64,000 bases of DNA from Raillietiella orientalis (Eukaryota): contig JAYWIR010000049.1 of NCBI GenBank assembly GCA_036172245.1, forward strand, positions 124,001 through 188,000. The letters are read 5' to 3'. The position numbers and the translations under genes are program-made. Shown piece after piece: positions 1-10,963 of the stretch (position 1 is its first letter; every line of letters starts with the position of its first letter). The notes below the pieces were generated by a model. That model saw only the letters and a program-made list of their open reading frames with translations, made no database searches and was not told the origin of the DNA.

Positions 1-596
1 GCGTTCGGCCCGGCGTGGCCGGCTTGCCTGTCGCGGGCAAAGGGGCGCGCGACCCCTTTTTCGACGCTCCGGTGGTCTTCCCGGGCGTGCCACCGCTATT
101 TCGCTCCGGAGCGAGAGCAAACGGAAGCGGCGGTGGTTTTGCAGCCTGCCCGATGTTATCGGCGGGCTGGGTCGCTCGGGACTTCACTGAAGCAGCCTGG
201 AGAAGCTTCTTGTCCTTTCGCGCGGGTTTTTGTGGTGCATTGCTCCGAGAATCGCCCGCGCAAGCGGACTTTTCACTTCTCCGCTGAGAATGCTCGTTCG
301 CGCCTGATTTCTTCCCCGACGACGGGGCGGATGGAGTCGGCGCGGACGGCGCTGTTGCGGGAAGGTTTCTCGCCCTCCTCTTTCGTTTCAGCTCAGCGCA
401 CTCGTTAATCGAGAGGCCGAGCAGCTTATAGTATCGGCAACTGCGTGTTGGTTACTTCCGCGGACGGTGGCCCTCCTTCCCGCAGTTGCCGCAAGCGGCT
501 GTTTGCCCTGCAGACCGGAGATAGACGACGACGTCACCGAGGAGGATCTGCGAAGGCATGAGCCTCCGGTCGTCCATGGTTACGCGCGCCGTCGCA

Positions 597-2707
597 ATTC
601 ACACCCGGATGTGCCGGGGCATTTAATTCTTGGAAATGAAAATACATGAAATATCGCGTGGCGAACTCGAAGGTTCACCACTCCAAAACAGCTTGCTGGT
701 TACCGGCTCCATGCCGGAGAGGTCCTTCCGATGCGCGGGGATGCGAAATAAATAAAAACAAAAAGCTCAAATGTAAGGGGAGGGGAACAAATGTTGCAGG
801 GTGGGAGGGCGGGAAAGGGATCACAGTGCGCGCGGAAAGGTACTCTAGATCCTGTTCAGGATCCGCACAAGCTAAGTCCTTTCAGCGCCTTAGTGGCGCC
901 ACTTGCAGACATTGCGCGCGAAAAGGCGAGTCCAGTGTAAGGCGTTGCCGGTTGGCTGACGCCTCCTTCTGGTGGCTTTCGAAGCCGCCACTATTCCTCT
1001 GATGCAACAGAGGACTGCTACACTAGCGGGCGGGGACAAGGCTTCACTACAGAAGAGGCGCCTTAAAACGTCCTTTAGACAGCATCCGCGCAAGTCCAGG
1101 ATCGCCGCGAAACGATCCCACAAAGGGCGGACGACTCTGCACTCCAGGAGAAGGTGGGGGAATGTTTCTGTTCCCCCACACCGGTCACAATTAGGATCCA
1201 CAGCCCCCGGGTGGTGTGGTGCAGGCGTGCTTTGAATGGTTATCCCCAGAGGACCACAAGCAACGCCACATCCTGCCACTTCAGGGCTAGGGATCCACTG
1301 TTCCAGGACGCTGGGGGCCACTACATCTCCTCCGGAGAAAGTCCGAGTAGCTCTCCCCAGGGTCGAATTCCGTTGAGCGGGACACTCGGAGTAGCAGCAT
1401 CCGCTAGCTGCCGAGATGTCAACGCCTTTATCGATTGTGTCCTGCCGCCTATGGTGCAGGACACGGTCCATTTCCCCTGCTCGCTACTGTCCCTGGCATT
1501 CACAAGGAAGGGCAGCACTGGGGCGAGGGGGGTTATCAAGGCCCACAGAAGCTTGTCGTGAGACTGCACGATCTCCTGCAGCGTCCAGCGGGCGTGCCTT
1601 TTCATACAAGTGTTCCTTGTGCCCGCCGGAACGTGGATCTTTTCCCAGGTGGAGACTGACTTGTGCAACCAGGCGGAGTAGCTCCCTGGGAGGCAGGAGA
1701 TCGAGGCGTTGTCCAGAACCGCAACGAAGATGCGTCGCAGCATAGACCCACAGTATGGTCTCCTGCAGACGCGCCCAGACAGAAACGACAAAAGTCCGCT
1801 GATTGCGCAGGCTCGTTGGGCCAGGAGGCGTGCTGGAACGCACCAAGGCGTGTCCCACAATTCCGCCGCAAGGGCGAGAGTCCTGAATCCAAGTTGTAGT
1901 TCCATGCGCTCCAGAGTAAGTACGCCAAGTCCACCGTCCTTACGTGGAGCGCACAAGTCTTTGAGCCTCACACGGGACCTCCCTTTGCCCCAAAGGACTG
2001 TCCTCAGGAGGCCCGCTGCTCGTTTCCGAATAAAATAAGGGGCGGGGCAAACAAAAAGTAGGGGGCGAAGGAGGGGAGCCGCCAACGCGTTCCACACCGC
2101 GGTCCGTTCCTGCAAGTAAAACTTGCCTTCTTGGAACCGACCAATCGCCAACGCTGCCTTTTGGAGAAGGTCGGACCAGACTTCTGCTGTGCAGAAGTCC
2201 CGCAACGGTACGCCGAGGTACTTGAAGCACCTGCCCGTGGGGATCCCCAAGCGGATCCAGTCCAACCGTCCAGCCCACGCCGAACCGACGAAGACCATGG
2301 ACGACTTCGCCCTGTTCACCTCCAGACCCGTCCCGCGGCGCAGCAACTCGAAGAAGTCCTCGAGTGCACTCTCCGGGGTGGACCCGGGAAGCAGCAGCAT
2401 AAGATCGTCTGCATAGGCAGACACGGCAGGCGTGCCAACACACGAGCACGGCAGGGCTGCCAGAGTTACCCTGTATGCCCTCAGCAACAACTCGAAGTAG
2501 ATGCTGAAGAGCAAGGGGCTCAGGCTGTCACCCTGCCGGATGCCGCGGCGTACGGGCACGCCGTACACGTGCCGGCCGCTCAAACCAATATTGATTGACG
2601 CGTTACGCCAGCAGGAGCGCAGGTAGGACTGGCGCACGGCCGGGAAACCCATGCGTTCCAGGAGCTCCAGAAGGAGACCCTGAACGACGCGGTCGAATGC
2701 TTTGTGC
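597..2707 (-). mobile_element. L1/Tx1-like LINE 'H', 3' part (RT, C-terminal zinc finger, 3' UTR)
   Basis: Minus-strand translation HKAFD...GIRQGDSLSP...AYADD...FKYLGVP, then CDRCGGTETFPHLLLEC; 3' end aattaaatgccccggcacatccgggtgtgaa at ~628-597; frameshifts and stops near the C-terminus. Confidence 0.92.
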
Positions 2708-2800
2708 GCTCCAGGGTGGAAGTGTTTTCTCGGTGCTCCTCGTGGCAGGAAGTCTCCCACAGTGCAAGCGTCGTGTGGTTCGGTGGTCGATCAGGCAGCG

Positions 2801-4295
2801 ATGCCTGACGCGAACACCAGGGATGGCCAGGGGGCAGCGGAAACGCCGCCCCTAGAGGCGATGGAGAGCCAGAAGGCGACGTTGCCGCCGCCCCCAGAAG
2901 CGATGGAGGTGGGGGCATCCGCCCCCACAGAATCGGTCCCCGCTGCAGCGCGGGCGTGGAGCGCCGTTGTCGGCGCCATCGCCTGCAGCCGCGGCGGAAT
3001 TGTCGACCTATGTGGAGGAGGGGTACAACCCTTCATTGTTCTACAAAGTAGGCAATTTATATTCTTTAGAGAGCGCGCGCGCCTTCTCGAAGGGCATGCG
3101 CGCTCTCGACGTGAAAGAGGAGGAGCTTAGCGCTCTGACCATCCGCAGCGGGGGTCAGTACGTTGAGGTCATCTGCAAACATGCATAGCTGGCCCAACGA
3201 CTGCTTAAAACTCCCGTTGTGATGGGGAAGCGCAGGCTTCTCCCCACTACGGCGGACCGCAGTATGGTGGTCCACCTTTTAGGCGTGACCGCGCCAATGC
3301 GCAAAGAACAGGTTCGCGCCGCTTTGGAACAGTTCGGAACGGTCCACGCGCAGTGGACGAAAGTAAGTACTTTCGAGGACTACACGGGGCTGCAACACGG
3401 CCTCACTGCTGCGCGCGTGACCGTTCGGGAGGGCTGCACTCTTCCCCACAAACTGGTGGTCGAAGGCGAAACCGTCGACCTCTGGTATGTGGGGAAGCCG
3501 AAATACTGTGGCTTCTGCAATACGTCGGGCCACCTCAAAAAGAGGTGTCCCAATGTGCAGTGCCAAGTATGCGGCACAATGGGCCACACGAGGGAGGTGT
3601 GCCCAAAAGCAGCAGTGCGGGTGGTTTCCAAGAGAAACCTTAAAAAACGCGCCCGGCTTCTGCAGAAAAGGCTGGCGGCGAAAGCTGCCGCGAAGGCTGT
3701 GCCACCCGCGCCCAAGACCCAGGCCGCACCTGAGACCCCGGAGACCAACGCCGAAAAAGTTGAGGGAGCCGGCCAGGAGACTGGGTGGCAAGTGGCAACG
3801 GCCAAAAAATCAAAGAAGGGGAGGAGGATGGAAAAGAAAATCGCCTACCAACAGAAGAAGAAAGAACAGGGTAGCGCGATAATTAAAGAGTGCAGCGTCG
3901 TTGTCGAACGCGTTCTCGATGTTGCCGAACGCTGCCGGAAAGAATTTGCCGCTACCGACGACCTCCCCTCTGTTGACACAGTCAACAGCGAGGGGAGCGA
4001 GCCGGCGGCGGCGTCCGTCATCGACACCACCATCGATGACGTAGCCTTCGCGCGAGCCGCGGAGGAGCTGGCAGCCTCGTTGCAGCCAGAACCCTCCAAG
4101 GCTGGCAAGAAGGCCGTAAGGCGTCCGGCCTCCCCTCAGGAGTCCCCCACTTCCGACCCCGAGGTGGAGGCCGGAAGCGCAGCCTCCGTTTCCACGGCAC
4201 CGCGCAAGAAGGCTGGACGTAAGTCCACAAAGCCAAGGAAGCTCGTCTCCCCAGCGAAGGGGAAGAGATGGCTTCCGCAAGCGAGGGTGCCATGA
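2801..4295 (+). pseudogene. A1 ORF1, gag-like nucleic-acid-binding protein, disrupted
   Basis: CGFCNTSGHLKKRC and CQVCGTMGHTREVC knuckles; frameshift near 2968 and TAG at 3186-3188 relative to the open A2 copy. Confidence 0.9.
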
Positions 4296-4473
4296 GCGTG
4301 GGAAACTCTCGGGACCCGTCGCCCGAGAGACTCCCACGCACGGACACGGAGGGGATGGAGGGGGTGGAGGCCGAACAGGTGCCTCAGGTGCCTGAGAAGG
4401 CCGAAACCCCCATGGACATCCCGCCCGCCTCGCAAGAGGAGGGCTCCCCCACACCTTAATCTTCCCAGCAGTA

Positions 4474-7400
4474 ATGCCGGGAATCTCCTCCCGCCGTCGT
4501 CTGCGCATCGCCGTTTGGAACGTGAACGGCATGACAGACGCCGGCAGGAGACGAGACATGGCCGCCCTTCTGGAGTCCTACGACCTTGCGCTGCTGCAGG
4601 AGATCCACGTGATCTCTGCAGAACAAGCGCAAGAGATCGAACGGATCTCCGGAGGGCGGCTATGGTACAGGTGTGGGAGAGCGAAAAGTTGCGGTGTCGC
4701 CTACCTGCTTCGGCCAGCCGTCGAAGCCGCGGCTCGGGGCGTGCAGTATGACGATCACGGTCGTGTCGGCCAGCTGACTCTCAGGTGGTCCGACTCGATC
4801 GATCTGATCGTCACGAACGTGTACGCACCGAGCGGCAATGACCTGAGGAACAGGAGGGCGAGGAAAGAGTTTTCCTTGCCCTCCGGCGAGAGTTGCTGAC
4901 CGAAGCAGGCGTGCGGAGTGCCCATCTGCTTGCAGGCGATTTCAACGTTCGCCTGAAACCAGATGAGCAGAATCCCGAGCGTGACCTTGTCAACGAGGTG
5001 TGCATGGCGGTGCACACCTGTAGTCATTTGGCCAGTGCACCGGGGATGGAAGACAGCATTGACCACTTGTTTCTTTACGAGCACATGTGCCCTCGCGTGG
5101 GCAGGCGCGGCAAGTTACCGTGCGAGCTGTCCGACCATCGCCCGCTAGTCCTCGAGATCCATCCGCGCGACGGGGGCCCCCCTCGTCAGCGTGGCGTCTC
5201 CCAGGGAACTGGCTGAAGCTCCCGGACGCGGCGGAACATCTCCGCACGTTCATACGGAGCTTCAGGCTGCGGACACTCCAGGATTGGGATCGCTTCAAGC
5301 GGTCGGTCCAGGAGTTCTGCGACCAGTTTCCTCTGCGCCGCCTACCTACGGGTTTTGGGACCAAGGTCCGTAACGAACGAGCCTACCTGCAGGCCCGTCG
5401 TTACGCCAGGACCCCCGACATCTGCAGGCTGGCGGAATACAAAGCGGGAGCTGAGAGGCAAGCCTGGCAGTCCGGATCGTCCAGCTTACTGGACGATCAG
5501 GGCCAGGAGCACTCGGCACCTGCCCAAATGCGCTTCCTGCTTCGGAGTTACTACTCCTCCCTGTATGCCAGGGCACCTCCGGAGAGGAACGTCTCACGAC
5601 TCCTGCTTCCGGAAGGCGCTCGAGCGATCGGGGAGGAGCAGAGAAAGACCCTCGACGAGCCTACCACGATGGTCGAGATCCTCTCGGTCATCGGAAAGCT
5701 CAAGAGGCGAAAGGCTCCAGGATAGGACGGCCTGCCCGCGGAGTTTTATCAAACTTTCGCGTCTGACCTTACCCACCTGGTACAGCAACTCCCCTTGCTG
5801 ATATGCGAAACAGGTGACGTTCCCGCCTCGTTTCGTTCGGCAAAGGTGCGGCTCCTCCCTAAGGGAGGAGATCTGAGGAGCATGAACAACTGGCGTCCCA
5901 TCACAATAGTGAATGCAGACGTCAAGCTGCTGCCTAAGGTTTAAGCAGAGCGTCTGGGACGGGTTGCCAGCATCCTCTTCAGCCCGGAACAGACCTATGC
6001 TGCTCCCGGGCGAAGCATGGAGGCGAACCTGTTCCACGCTTCCACCTCGCTAGAGCTCCAACATGAAAGGAGCTTGGTGCGCAGCCGGAATTCCGGTGCG
6101 TGCGCCGGCAAGGGGTTGGATGGTCGGGTGGGGGAGGGAGCCCTTGCGGTCGCAATCGACTTGCAGAAAGCATTCGATTGCGTCGACCAGAATCTTTTTC
6201 TGGAGCTTCTGGAACGCTAGGGCTTCCCGGCTTCATTAATGGCCTATCTGCGCTCCTGCTGGCGCGACGCGCTCATCAATGTTACTTTCAGCGGGCAGAC
6301 CGTGCACGGCGTGCCGGTGCGGCGTGGGATCCGGCAGGGAGACAGCCTGAGCCCCTTGCTCTTCAGTACCTACTTTGAGTTGGTACTGAGAGCGTACAGG
6401 GAACTCTGGCGCACCTGCCGCACGACTGTGCCGGTACGCCGGCCGTTTCAGCATACGCGGACGACCTTCTGCTGCTGCTCCCTATGTCCAGCCCGGCTGC
6501 GGCGGTCGAGGAGTCCTTCGACCTGCTGTATCGGGGAACCGGACTTACGGTGAACAGGGCGAAGTCGTCCGTGATGCCAGTTTGTGCGGCGTGGGCAGGG
6601 CAGATGGACTGCGTCCGTTTGGGTATCCCCACGGTGAGGTACTCCAAGTACCTTGGTGTGCCGTTGGGGGACTACTCCCCTGCGGAAGCGTGGTCCGGCT
6701 GCCTTCAAGAAGTAGAGACGGCGATCTGCCCGTTCCGAGGCGGCAGGTTTTTCCTGCCTGAACGGGCCGCGGTCTGGAACACGTTCGCGGCTCCTCTCCT
6801 CCGCCCCCTGCTATTTGTTTTCCCCCCCACAGAGAGGATTAAAAAGCGGACAAAGGACCTCCTCCGTATCGCCCTTTGGGGCAACGGGAGGGCCCGAGTC
6901 CGCTTAAAGGACTTGTGCGCTCCTCGTCGGGATGGTGGTCTGGGCCTCCTGACGCTGGAGCGGCTGGAGCTTCAGCTCCAGTTCCGCTTGTCGGCACTCG
7001 TTCCAGAGTTGTGGTGCACCTGTTGGTACGTCCCTGCACGTCTCCTTCTCCAGCAAGCCACCGGCAAGACGGGACTGACGTCGTTTCTTCCACTTTGTCG
7101 CCGCGTCAACCGATGCGGATTCCAGCTACGGAGGATGGCTGCGCTGTATCGGAAAAACCCAGGATTGCTCACCTGTCGCCCGTTTAACGGAAGTGCCTGG
7201 TTGCAGGAAACCGTTCGAACGTGGGGACGGTTCGGCATGCAACGCTCCAAACAGGAACGAAGGTTCTTGTTTGGGGGTTACAGAAGCTGGACGCTCCGCG
7301 AGAACCTGGAGGATCCAAAGAAGAGAGCGTGGGCAGGAAGAACCCCCCTAGCTGCTGCGCTGCCCTCCCTGATGGAAGATCTGGACAGCGATGTTGCGGC

Positions 7401-8052
7401 GAAGTGGGTGGTTACAATAACAATCTCCGGAAAGGAGAAGAAGATAGGAGAGTGGAAGACGGGCCAGTTAACAGATGCTGCGACCCCGAGTACGCCTCCC
7501 AATGGACTTCTGCGCTGGGGCGCGCCGCTCGATGTTCCCATTGAACATCTGAAGTGGCCCCCGGTGCTCATGAACACTTCCTCCCTCCATTTAAAATGGC
7601 AGGAGTCGGCTCTCCTGTTGCAGCACTGGGGACTTTCCTGCAACGCCCGCCGACACCACTGTACCTGGGGTGCGGTGGACCCCAATTGCGTCAGGTGTGG
7701 GGAACGGGAGTCCCTCCCCCACCTTCTAGTGGATTGTGTTGCCCTTCGGCCCCTTTGGTTTCTCTTTGCCGCGGCCATCGGAATCTCCTGCGGCAACCCC
7801 AGGGACGCACTGAAAGCCCTCTTCGTTGCCGACGCCCTGCGGCCAGCGTCCTCGATAGCAGCTTTGTGCTGCCTACGCGGGATCGTCACTGCTTGGAGCA
7901 AGGCTACGAGAGCACAACGCGACCAGGGTGCTATCCAGCCAGCCTCCCAGTTCCTGAGGAGGGCGTCCCGATGTCACCACCTGGATCCAGGAATACAGAA
8001 GGAGCTTGCCGGCATCCTGCAAAGGATGCAACGGCCCCACCAGCAACTGTGA
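4474..8052 (+). pseudogene. A1 ORF2, APE endonuclease-reverse transcriptase, disrupted
   Basis: WNVNG, LQEIH, NVYAP, GDFN, SIDH, LSDH; KAPG, WRPI, DLQKAFD, QGDSLSP, YADD, KYLG; CVRC..ESLPHLLVDC; several stops and frameshifts. Confidence 0.93.
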
Positions 8053-8272
8053 TCCCTTCCCTTACCCTCCCAACTTTTCTTTTCTTTTTTGTTTTGTTTT
8101 TTTTGTTTTTCCCCCTTCCCCCTGCTGCCGTGGTGGACCGTACCGGTCTGCGAACCGGTGACCCGGCAGGCTCTGTGTATCTCCGTGCGTGGCTGGAGCA
8201 ATGTTCCAGCCACCGCACGTCTTTGTAAAAGTTTATTTTACAATAAACGCCCCGGCGAAATCCGGGTGAAAA

Positions 8273-9105
8273 TCGAATGCTTCGTGCAAATCGATTGCGA
8301 CGGCAAAGGCTCCCGCCGAGTCCATCCCACCCTCTGCCCGATCTTCTTGGTCGAAGGGGGGAGCGAGGCTCCCTTGACCGTCCTGTGCAACGCGTTGCCG
8401 CAACTGCCACTATGAGCTGGCGAGGAGCAGGTTGGCCTCCATTGTTCGTCCGGGAACAGCATAGGTCTGCTAGGGACTCACCACGGAAGCGGCCACCCGC
8501 CCCAAACGCTCAGCCCACAACTTGGCATACAAATTTGCGTCCGCATTCACTACTGTGATGGGACGCCAGTTGCCAATGTTGCGTAAGTCTCCTTACTTCG
8601 GCAGGAGACGTACTTTAGCTGAGCGGAACGAGGCGGGAACTTCGCCGTGTTCGCGGATCAGCGCACTTAACCTGAGCACCAGGGGGGCTAGCTCTGGTGC
8701 GAAGCGATGGTAAAACTCCGCGGGCAGGCCGTCCTCCCCTGGTGCCTTCCTTCTCTTGAGCCTGTTGATGGCGGAGATGATCTCCGCCATCGTGAACGGT
8801 TCCGCCAATCTGGAACGGTCCTCCTCCTTGAGCGCGGGAGCACCATCCGGCAACAGGCGCTGCGCGAAATGGCGCTCAGGTGTTAGTGGCGCGTACAAGG
8901 AGGAATAAAACTCCCGCACGATGCGGCTTACCTGGGCTGGGCTGGAGCGTACTTGGCCCTGATGATCCAGCAGGCAGGCCGAGCCTGACTGCCAGTCCTG
9001 CCTCTCCGCCTCAGCCTTGAATTCAGCCAGGCGACGGACGTCGGGACGCCGGGAATAACGGCGCGCCTGGAGGTACGCCCGCTCGTTCCTGACACCATCA
9101 CCGAA
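8273..9105 (-). mobile_element. LINE 'H', middle fragment (linker to RT N-terminus)
   Basis: GFGDGVRNERAYLQARRY...KRRKAPGEDGLPAEFY...AVAIDLHEAFD; joins 2707 across the A1 TSD. Confidence 0.9.
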
Positions 9106-9204
9106 TCCCTTGGCGAGTGGACGTGTGTTTCCTTCGCTCCCGAGTGAGTCGACAGGAAGCGGTTTTTTCTTGTGCTGTTTGGTGTGGAACATCGTTGGTG
9201 TCCG

Positions 9205-10963
9205 ATGGCAGCGATGCCTGAGGACACCACGATGGAGGTAGGTGTGGGAGAGGCGTTTCATCACCCCTACAGCCTACAGAATCAGGGGCGTCCGCCCCGG
9301 AATCGCCCTCGCCGCTCAAGGGGAGGAGCTGGAGCGCCATGGTGGCCGCGCCGAGCGCGGAAACCATGGCCGAGATGGCGGCCTACCGGGCAGGTGGGTA
9401 CAAGCCCAGCTTGGTTTACCAGGTAGGCAATCTCTTTGACGGGCGAACTGCACGCGCATTTTCGAAAGCGCTGCAGAACGCCAACGTGTTGGAAAAGGAC
9501 CTTGACGGTCTATCCGTGCTCAGCAGGGGTCAGGGCGTCGAGGTTGTCTGCAAGGACATCACCTTGGCGCAAAGCTTGATAACCACCCCGCTGAACGTGG
9601 ACGGACGCAAGATCCTACCAGTCACGATGGACCGCTCCGTAGTGGTCCATCTGACAGGGATCACCAGCCGCATGACGCGGTCTGCGGTTGGTGATCAGTT
9701 AAGCAAGTATGGAGATGTTCACGCGCTATGGCCATAGGCCACAATCTTCGATGGCTACGATAGCCTTTTCGGAGGGCAGGCCGCCGCGCGCGTGACGGTG
9801 AAGGAGAGTGGGCTTCCCCACAAACTAGAGGTCAATGGCGAAGTCGTAGACCTCTGGTACGTGGGGAAACCCCGCTTTTGTGGCTACTGCAATGCAGTAG
9901 GACACTTGCGCAAGCGGTGCCCGAACATTGTGTGCCACTTATGCGGGGAGAAGGCCACGTACTCTGCGTATGCCCTAAACGCCCCACTCCAGTGCCGCCT
10001 GCTGCAAAGAAAGCACAGTCAAAACGCGGTAAACTGGTCGAAAGACCAAAAAGAGATACTGGCCGGCAGCAGCCGCTAGCCCCTGTTCCTCCCACACAGG
10101 CGTCGGAAGAAAAACCCTCCGAAGACGCGGGAGTCCAAGACGGCTGGCAGCTGGTCAAGGCCAGGAAGGAGAAAAAGGTGCCCCCCGCGGAACCCGCGAA
10201 AGCGGTAAAAAAGACAGCCGGCAAGGCGAAAAGACCTGGGCCGCGCTCTAAGACCATGCGGGAGTGTACGGTAGCACTGGAGCGCATAGCCGTTCCCGAG
10301 ATTGCCACCCGGGGCGACGAGCCTTCCCTCGCCGTTTCCGCCGCGCCCGAGGTTGGCGACGGCGAACCCTCTGTTTACACAGATGGTGAGCCGCGCGAAA
10401 TAGCGACGGTCGAAACCGAGGACGCCGCGTTCACTCAGGCGGCGGAGGAGCTCGCGGCCACGCAGGCCGAACGTGGGAACCCCTCGCGCAAGGCCGTGCG
10501 AAGGCCGGCACCCGCGAAAAAGGCCCCCACAGGTGAGTCGGACCTGGGGGCCGGAAGTGCATCCTCCTCCTCGGAGGCACCCCCCAGGAAGTCGGGACGC
10601 AATTCCCAGAAACCCAGGAGGAGCCTCCCCTCCACCAGCGAGGAGGAGAAGGAGGAAGGTAGCGGTAGCGTGGGAATCCCGGAGGGGGAACTCCCACGCT
10701 CGGAAGCCGTCGAGCCGGCCACCCCCATGGAGGAGGGTGAGCAGGGGGGCGAAGTCCTCCCTGCAGTCGCCGAGCCTGAACAGCCCGCCCCCATGGAAGA
10801 GGGCCAACAGGTAGGCGCGACCCCACCTAAGGGTGACCCCCTCGACGCGTCGTTACCCATGGAGAAGGGGGACCAGGTGCACGCAGCGCCTGACCCTCCT
10901 CCTCCACCTAGCGTCCCGCCCCAACAGGTGGCGGACGCCGCATCGCCATCTTCCCAGGAATAA
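9205..10963 (+). pseudogene. B1 ORF1, disrupted
   Basis: CGYCNAVGHLRKRC and CHLCGE-GHVLCVC knuckles, acidic/Pro-rich tail ending SSQE*; stop at 9735-9737 and frameshifts. Confidence 0.88.

Larger units (their letters stand above)
2708..8272 (+). mobile_element. Full-length L1/Tx1-like LINE 'A1' (~5.6 kb), inserted antisense in H
   Basis: 5' UTR, ORF1, ORF2 and 3' UTR all present; flanked by a 15-bp TSD tcgaatgctt(t/c)gtgc at 2693-2707 and 8273-8287. Confidence 0.95.

Noticed and set aside
1..596. GC-rich flank as a possible gene or element 5' region
   Set aside because: No recognisable protein or RNA motif; the 10-bp ttgcgacggc match to the 8293 region may be chance
2708..2800. HDV-like ribozyme in the family A 5' UTR (gctcctcgtg resembles L3)
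   Set aside because: Could not build P1/P1.1/P2/P3 consistently, and the motif is absent from the B and D 5' UTRs
8050..8180. SECIS-type readthrough of the conserved TGA
   Set aside because: Hairpin lacks the AUGA/GA quartet and apical AA; the downstream frame is low-complexity UTR
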